Source: an uncultured Gammaproteobacteria bacterium (GTDB lineage: Bacteria > Patescibacteriota > Microgenomatia > UBA1406 > GWC2-37-13). Taken from it: a DNA stretch of 64,000 nucleotides. The notes under the pieces are model-generated. The model had not been told where the DNA came from. It searched no databases and saw only the letters and a list, made by a program, of their open reading frames with translations. Positions 59,093 to 64,000 of the stretch are shown here, piece by piece. Location: positions 31,152-95,151 of the forward strand of contig CAYVKV010000003.1 in assembly GCA_964452355.1 (NCBI GenBank), written 5' to 3'. How positions within the stretch are numbered: position 1 is the stretch's first letter; the number at the start of each line of letters is the position of its first letter. The position numbers were made by a program, and so were the translations under genes.

Positions 59093-60111
59093 AAGAGCCA
59101 CTGATAAGTGTGATCATCCCCGTCAAAGAAATTGGGGCATTTTCTATCGATGAAGGTTTACCAGGATTAGACAAACTTGATTATCCCTGTTTTGAGGTGC
59201 TTCTTCTTCCCAATAAACGTCAAGATTCGGATCATGCTCTCTTAAAAAAATATCCCTGGCTTCGAATCATTCCAACAGATGAAATCACCCGTCCGGCACA
59301 AAAACGTAATATTGGCGCACGAGCTTCAAAAGGAGATATTATCGCGTTCATTGACGATGATGCCTATCCGTCAACTCAGTGGCTCAAAAAAGCATCAAAC
59401 CTTTTTCAAGAAAAAAAAGTCGAAGCAGTGTGTGGCCCAGGTGTTCTTCCTAAAAAAACGAATGAATGGGAGCGCATATTTGACTTACTCTTGAAATCTC
59501 CAATCGGCTCTGGTGGATACTCGTATCGCTTTACTCCTGAAAAAGAGCGATACGTTGACGACTTCCCCTCAATGAATCTTCTGATCAAGAAAAAAATATT
59601 TCTTGAGCTGGGGGGATTTGACAATGATTTTTGGCCAGGAGAGGACAGTAAATTATGCGAGGAATTAGTGTATAAAAAGAAAGGTAACATTTTTTATCAT
59701 CCTGATGTGTTGATTTATCATCATCGCAGAGACAACCTTCAAGATTTTCTCAAACAACATAGTCAATATGGGTATCATCGAGGAGCCTTTTTTGCTCATG
59801 GAGACAAGAATTCTCGACGATTTTCATACCTCATCCCTTCGCTATTTGTTTTGTACTTGACTGCAGTTTTGTTATTCAATATTTTCATCCCACCCATGGT
59901 GAAAGCGCTTTTAATTCCAATTCTGTCCATTCCCCTTAAACTGTATATGATCGGCGTTATCATTCAAGGAATATTCTTTACGACCAAAACGAAAGATTTT
60001 ATACTGAGTATGCAAGCAATCATTTCCCTGATGTTGACTCATATTGTTTACGGAATATTTTTTATCAAAGGCTTTTATGTAGGGTGGCAAAAAAAAGATA
60101 AAATATATTAG
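59089..60111 (+). CDS. Glycosyltransferase family 2 with C-terminal TM helices
   Basis: ISVIIPVKE..., RNIGARASKGDIIAFIDDDAYP and GEDSKLCEE, with about 3 C-terminal TM segments. ATGA overlap with the upstream gene. Confidence 0.85.
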   Translation: MKEPLISVIIPVKEIGAFSIDEGLPGLDKLDYPCFEVLLLPNKRQDSDHALLKKYPWLRIIPTDEITRPAQKRNIGARASKGDIIAFIDDDAYPSTQWLKKASNLFQEKKVEAVCGPGVLPKKTNEWERIFDLLLKSPIGSGGYSYRFTPEKERYVDDFPSMNLLIKKKIFLELGGFDNDFWPGEDSKLCEELVYKKKGNIFYHPDVLIYHHRRDNLQDFLKQHSQYGYHRGAFFAHGDKNSRRFSYLIPSLFVLYLTAVLLFNIFIPPMVKALLIPILSIPLKLYMIGVIIQGIFFTTKTKDFILSMQAIISLMLTHIVYGIFFIKGFYVGWQKKDKIY

Positions 60112-60141
60112 GGAATCTGTGTTATATTTTCTGCATACCCT

Positions 60142-60390
60142 ATGATTAAAGATAATATTGATGTTGTCAAAAAAGACGATATAGAAATCAAGATAATCCG
60201 TGGACTGTGCATTAGTGCTGCAACATGCGTAGTGTACGCCCCAAGCACCTTTGATCTTGATGAAGAAAATATTGCAATCATCAAAAATGAAGAATGGGAC
60301 AAGCTTGAAAAAATAATTGCTGCAGCACAATCCTGTCCGGTTGCTGCAATCGAGATATATGTCAAAGGAAAAAAAGTCTGGCCGAAATAA
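60142..60390 (+). CDS. Single-cluster ferredoxin (CxxAxxC...CP, 3Fe-4S-type pattern)
   Basis: 82 aa. GLCISAATCVVYAP...AAAQSCPVAAIEIY is the spacing of mono-cluster ferredoxins. Confidence 0.7.
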   Translation: MIKDNIDVVKKDDIEIKIIRGLCISAATCVVYAPSTFDLDEENIAIIKNEEWDKLEKIIAAAQSCPVAAIEIYVKGKKVWPK

Positions 60391-60419
60391 TTGACATCCC
60401 GTTAATCTAATGTCATACT
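60391..60419 (+). promoter_or_regulatory. Candidate sigma70-type promoter for the radical SAM gene
   Basis: TTGACA (60391-60396), a 17-nt spacer, then TGTCATACT (60411-60419). ATG at 60429, 9 nt downstream. Confidence 0.4.
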
Positions 60420-60428
60420 TACCCTGAC

Positions 60429-62147
60429 ATGGTGAAGCATACTAAAACTATCAAAACAGATACAAAAGGCGTGAAAATAAAATCTCCTTCTGAAATCACC
60501 ATTGTCGTTGGTTATGCACCGATTGAATCAAAAAAAGGAGTGGCGCTTCTTTCCCAAAATAGACAGTTTCAATACTTCAACGCAAAAACATACATTTATC
60601 CAATGGTTCCGGCATATGCCGCCTCAAACCTCAAAAAACATGGATACAACACCTATTGGATGGACGGAATTGCAGAGGAGAAGACCTTTGACCAATGGTT
60701 TGATGAACTTTCTGCAACCAGTCCTGATTATCTGATGGTTGAGACAAAGTCTCCAATCGTAAAAACACATTGGAAACAGATTAAAGATCTCAAGAAAAAA
60801 CTACCACACCTCAAGCTCATCTGGGTGGGCGATCACATCAGCTATCTTCCAATGGAACTATTTGAAAATAGCCCGGTTGATTATGCCATCACCGGAGGAG
60901 ATTATGATTTTGTCGTGGTGAATTTGCTCAATCATATTTATAAAGGCGAACCACTTGAGAGCGGTGTCTATTGGCGAGAAGACAATAAAGATATCAATGT
61001 TCCAAAAGAACAAAGAAGAGCAAAGAAAATAGAATCAGGAGAAACTATTTATAACTCAGGACCTGCATCGCTCAAACACAAACTTGACGATCTTCCGTTT
61101 GTCGACCGAGATCTCACCAAATGGGAGCTCTATGCATATGACAATGGAAACTACAAATATACCCCCGGAACATATATGTATAGCGGCCGAGACTGTTGGT
61201 GGAATCGTTGCACCTTTTGCGTATGGGACCATACCATAAATCCAATCGGATCATATCGCAGCTTTTCCCCTGAGCGACTCTTCGCAGAAGTCAAACACGT
61301 GGTAGATAACTATGGTATCAAAGAAATATTTGATGATGCAGGAACCATGTTTATCGGTCCAAAACTCAAAAAATTCTGCAATTTGCTTATTGACAGTGGC
61401 TATAACAAAAAAGTGGTGTATGGCTGTAATATGCGATTCAATGCCTTAAATCAAGAATATTACAATCTTATGGGCAAGGCAAACTTCCGATTCATTCTGT
61501 ATGGCATGGAGTCAGGCAACCAAAAAACGCTCGACAAGCTCGACAAGGGCACAAAGGAAGCAGATGCCATAAACGGTCCGAAGATGGCAAGTAAGGCGGG
61601 CCTTGACCCTCACATCACGATCATGTTGGGATATCCATGGGAGACCTATGAAGAAGCGAAAAGAACCATTAATATCGCAAAGTATGCATTCAAAAAAGGG
61701 TACTACGAGACAATGCAGGCAACGATTGTGATTCCGTATCCTGGCACGCCACTGTACAAGGAGTGTAAAGAAAAGGGATGGCTTCTCACCGACGATTATG
61801 ATGATTTTGATATGCGACGACCCGTTATGAAGACGCCCTTTCCTCAAGAGAAGATACTGGAACTCGAACAAGACCTCTATTCAGTATTTATGACTCCGCA
61901 ATATATAACGAGAAAAGTTCTTGAAATTCGCAGCTTTCATGATTTCAAATACCTCTTTTACATGGGATGGAAGCTGATCGGACATCTTCTGGACTTTGAT
62001 CCAAATCAGACCAAAGTAAACTTCTTTTCATTTGCTTTTATCAAAAATGCAGGAAAAGCTTTGTTTGGTCATTTCTTCCGACCAAACACTTCAGTAGATC
62101 GTGAGAAGGATGCAATAAAACTCGAAGAGAGTGCGATGAATTTGTAG
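60429..62147 (+). CDS. B12-binding-domain radical SAM protein (class B-like)
   Basis: 572 aa. N-terminal Rossmann-like B12-binding-type domain (LKLIWVGDHISYLP...YAITGGDYD), then the radical SAM core with GRDCWWNRCTFCVW. Confidence 0.85.
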   Translation: MVKHTKTIKTDTKGVKIKSPSEITIVVGYAPIESKKGVALLSQNRQFQYFNAKTYIYPMVPAYAASNLKKHGYNTYWMDGIAEEKTFDQWFDELSATSPDYLMVETKSPIVKTHWKQIKDLKKKLPHLKLIWVGDHISYLPMELFENSPVDYAITGGDYDFVVVNLLNHIYKGEPLESGVYWREDNKDINVPKEQRRAKKIESGETIYNSGPASLKHKLDDLPFVDRDLTKWELYAYDNGNYKYTPGTYMYSGRDCWWNRCTFCVWDHTINPIGSYRSFSPERLFAEVKHVVDNYGIKEIFDDAGTMFIGPKLKKFCNLLIDSGYNKKVVYGCNMRFNALNQEYYNLMGKANFRFILYGMESGNQKTLDKLDKGTKEADAINGPKMASKAGLDPHITIMLGYPWETYEEAKRTINIAKYAFKKGYYETMQATIVIPYPGTPLYKECKEKGWLLTDDYDDFDMRRPVMKTPFPQEKILELEQDLYSVFMTPQYITRKVLEIRSFHDFKYLFYMGWKLIGHLLDFDPNQTKVNFFSFAFIKNAGKALFGHFFRPNTSVDREKDAIKLEESAMNL

Positions 62148-62371
62148 CTATTTTTGAAATGCTTCAGGGTATTTTTCACGAATCCAATTTTTTTGTTTAT
62201 TTTCTACAAGTTCGCCCAATCCCTGTAAAATATCATGAACATTTACATTTTTTTTGAATAAATGGAATTAAATCAATCAAATACTCTTTCCTACTTGTTA
62301 GTATGAAATCGTACGATATGAATCTGATAACTAAGAAGTTTGATCAGCAAAAGAGCCAAAATTATGGAGTG

Positions 62372-63163
62372 CTAGAGGTGAGTAGAAGGGGACGAGGAGC
62401 TTTGATTGTAAACTGATTCGTAGATGAGTTCAGCAAGTTTTTTATACCCTTCCTTTGATAAATGTACTCCATCAGGTCCGTAATATGCCTTGTTTAGAGA
62501 AGTACTATCATTTGGATCAAAAAAATAGGGATAAGCATTAACAAACATCGTAACGCTCTCTGCTTTTACCCGTATCCATTCATTCAACGTCTGGACTGCA
62601 GTATAGCCCTGATCAGCTGAACAGTTACAGCCCCTATATGGCAATACGGATATTGCAATCACACGCATTTTAGAGTCATTTATCTTCTTATACAGAGCTT
62701 GCAGATTATCCTCAGTAGTTTTGAGAGGTATGCCAGTATTTATATCATTGAATCCTCCAAAAACAATAACGTCATCATATTTTTTTCCAGGTTTTAATAT
62801 GAAAGTATCGAACTGATAATTAAAACCCCGAGCATTTCCTACGCTACTTCCTTCATACCACCCTGTTTGGCCTGAAGGCGAACCATATGTTTCTATGATG
62901 AAACCATTCTTTTTATCTAAATCTGAAACATATGTCCCAGGAACAGAAAGAGAGTCTCCAATTACGGCAACTCTTCGTTCACCTGGGACAAGAGGTTTGA
63001 TACTTTGGGTGTTCGTGTTTTCTCTTTGAGTAAATCGACACGTACCATCAGCACATATAAACGAAGGATTAAGTGTAGTTAATGCTTTGTTTTTGAATAT
63101 GGAAAAAACCGCAATACTACTTACCACAATTAGTGTTGATATTATGAAAATGACTGTCTTCAT
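62372..63163 (-). CDS. Secreted SGNH/GDSL-family hydrolase
   Basis: Signal anchor MKTVIFIISTLIVVSSIAVF. Block I VAVIGDSLS, block III VIVFGGFNDI and block V DGVHLSKEGY. ATG at 63163 is preferred over 63304. Confidence 0.8.
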   Translation of the reverse strand: MKTVIFIISTLIVVSSIAVFSIFKNKALTTLNPSFICADGTCRFTQRENTNTQSIKPLVPGERRVAVIGDSLSVPGTYVSDLDKKNGFIIETYGSPSGQTGWYEGSSVGNARGFNYQFDTFILKPGKKYDDVIVFGGFNDINTGIPLKTTEDNLQALYKKINDSKMRVIAISVLPYRGCNCSADQGYTAVQTLNEWIRVKAESVTMFVNAYPYFFDPNDSTSLNKAYYGPDGVHLSKEGYKKLAELIYESVYNQSSSSPSTHL

Positions 63164-63445
63164 ATTAATAGTCCGCTTGTGAAGTTGCAATAAAACCAAA
63201 CCACGAGATATTATAAATCTTTTTAACAATAACGGAGAAAAATATATCATATCATAGAAACAGCAAATCAATTTAAACAACACTTGGGACTCATATACCT
63301 GCATATGAACTCCTTGGACTTAGAGCTGATCAAATTGAGCAGTTGTGAGTGTGATGTCAATAATATAATAACCCATTTATGTTAGCTTTATAAAGACCAT
63401 TAATTTTTTGATTATTCTGGGGAATCTAATCATCCTGTAGATTCC

Positions 63446-63532
63446 TTGTTTGGTCATTTCTTCCGACCAAACACTTCTGTTGATCGGGAAAAGGATGCGA
63501 TAAAACTCGAAGAGAGTGCGATGAATTTGTGA
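63446..63532 (+). pseudogene. Orphan duplicate of the last 28 codons (plus stop codon) of the radical SAM gene
   Basis: 87 nt aligning to 62061-62147. It encodes the identical LFGHFFRPNTSVDREKDAIKLEESAMNL*. All differences are third-position synonymous changes plus TAG to TGA. No start codon; homology stops at LFGH. Confidence 0.75.
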
Positions 63533-63556
63533 GGAATTTGCTCAATTTAGAATTAT

Positions 63557-64000
63557 CTATTTAGTAATCTTCTTAGATATTTTTTTTACTCTTGCTACCT
63601 TCACTATTACAAGGAATAGCCAAAGTAATAGTGATGCAAAAAAGTATACGATTCCAATTTTTAATCCCATGGGGAAAAAGCTAAATTCGACAATATGTTC
63701 ACCCGATGGAACATACGTTCCCATCATGAACCAGTTTGTTTGAATTGGTTTACTGGAAACCCCATCGATCTTTACCGTCCATCCTGGATAATATGCAGTC
63801 GAGTTTGCAAGATACCCAACGTTTTGAGAGAGTACCTTCGCTCTAATATAGTTTCGCTTATATTCCTCAATTACTACCGTACCTCCGACTGGCTCTACAT
63901 CGTCTCTGAACTGGGCTGGGTTAATAAAAACGTCTCGTGATTCTGCTGAATCAAATTCATTCAGTATATCTGCTGTTTGATTTTTTGAACGAATATTTTT
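63557..64000 (-). CDS. 3' end of a membrane protein gene running off the window (YfhO-like / GT-C C-terminal domain)
   Basis: The minus-strand frame is open from 64000 to the TAG at 63557-63559. Translation ...VVIEEYKRNYIRAKV...ANSTAYYPGWTVKIDGVSSKPIQTNWFMMGTYVPSGEHIVEFSFFPMGLKIGIVYFFASLLLWLF... matches the YYPGW..DG....G.H.v.f.Y.P tail of YfhO-type proteins. Not in the ORF track because there is no start codon in the window. Confidence 0.55.
   Translation of the reverse strand, partial: KNIRSKNQTADILNEFDSAESRDVFINPAQFRDDVEPVGGTVVIEEYKRNYIRAKVLSQNVGYLANSTAYYPGWTVKIDGVSSKPIQTNWFMMGTYVPSGEHIVEFSFFPMGLKIGIVYFFASLLLWLFLVIVKVARVKKISKKITK

Noticed and set aside
62160-62275. Short minus-strand open frame (..FKKNVNVHDILQGLGELVENKQKNWIREKYPEAFQK*) in the spacer after the radical SAM gene, a possible gene remnant of the inserted cassette.
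   Set aside because: It has only about 38 codons, no start codon and no recognisable motif. An open stretch of this size is expected by chance in AT-rich sequence. It is kept only as a note for cassette boundary analysis.
63695-63940. 81-aa plus-strand ORF near the window end.
   Set aside because: It is antisense to a longer minus-strand frame, open from 64000 to the stop at 63557, whose translation has the conserved YfhO-like C-terminal pattern.

Overview
AT-rich, tightly packed window with short intergenic gaps, many overlapping stop/start junctions and standard stop codon usage (TGA terminates normal-length MiaA, Fcl-like and GT2 proteins). Gene content and style suggest a streamlined Patescibacteria/CPR-like, Gram-positive-type genome; this is inference, as no rRNA or tRNA gene is present to anchor it. 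Housekeeping blocks: cysS, murF, ADP-forming acetyl-CoA synthetase, rpsF-ssb-rpsR, S41 and HtrA proteases, hisS, a truncated prfA, rpmE, rplJ-rplL, gyrB-ppa-RDD-gyrA, folD, miaA, lepA, pyk, ahcY and a PfkB kinase. Interleaved with these is a large cell-envelope island. (i) Two tandem secreted proteins with Thr/Pro linkers share a novel-looking C-terminal tail (23.5-26.0 kb). (ii) A TMTC-like GT-C/TPR glycosyltransferase lies at 32.3-34.2 kb, and a GT39/PMT-like enzyme at 6.1-7.8 kb. (iii) A ~15.7 kb glycan cluster (34.2-49.9 kb) carries 5 glycosyltransferases, about 5 methyltransferases, a Wzx-like flippase and a deoxy/branched-sugar cassette: a TPP enzyme, an SDR, a His-for-Lys DegT-family 3-dehydratase, an Fcl/ColC-like enzyme, an acetyltransferase and a TylC3-type C-methyltransferase. 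(iv) Immediately downstream are four genes sharing a Thr/Pro linker, a QGEVKS motif and a TM anchor. Three of them are ~750 aa M23-peptidase paralogs, one split by an extra AT unit in an (AT)4 tract. (v) Next come Ppm1/CsbB-like GT2s and a ferredoxin plus B12-radical-SAM pair. The 3' 87 nt of the radical SAM gene is duplicated, with only synonymous changes, on the far side of a ~1.3 kb insert carrying an SGNH hydrolase. A YfhO-like gene runs off the window end. No CRISPR array, transposase or integrase was recognised.
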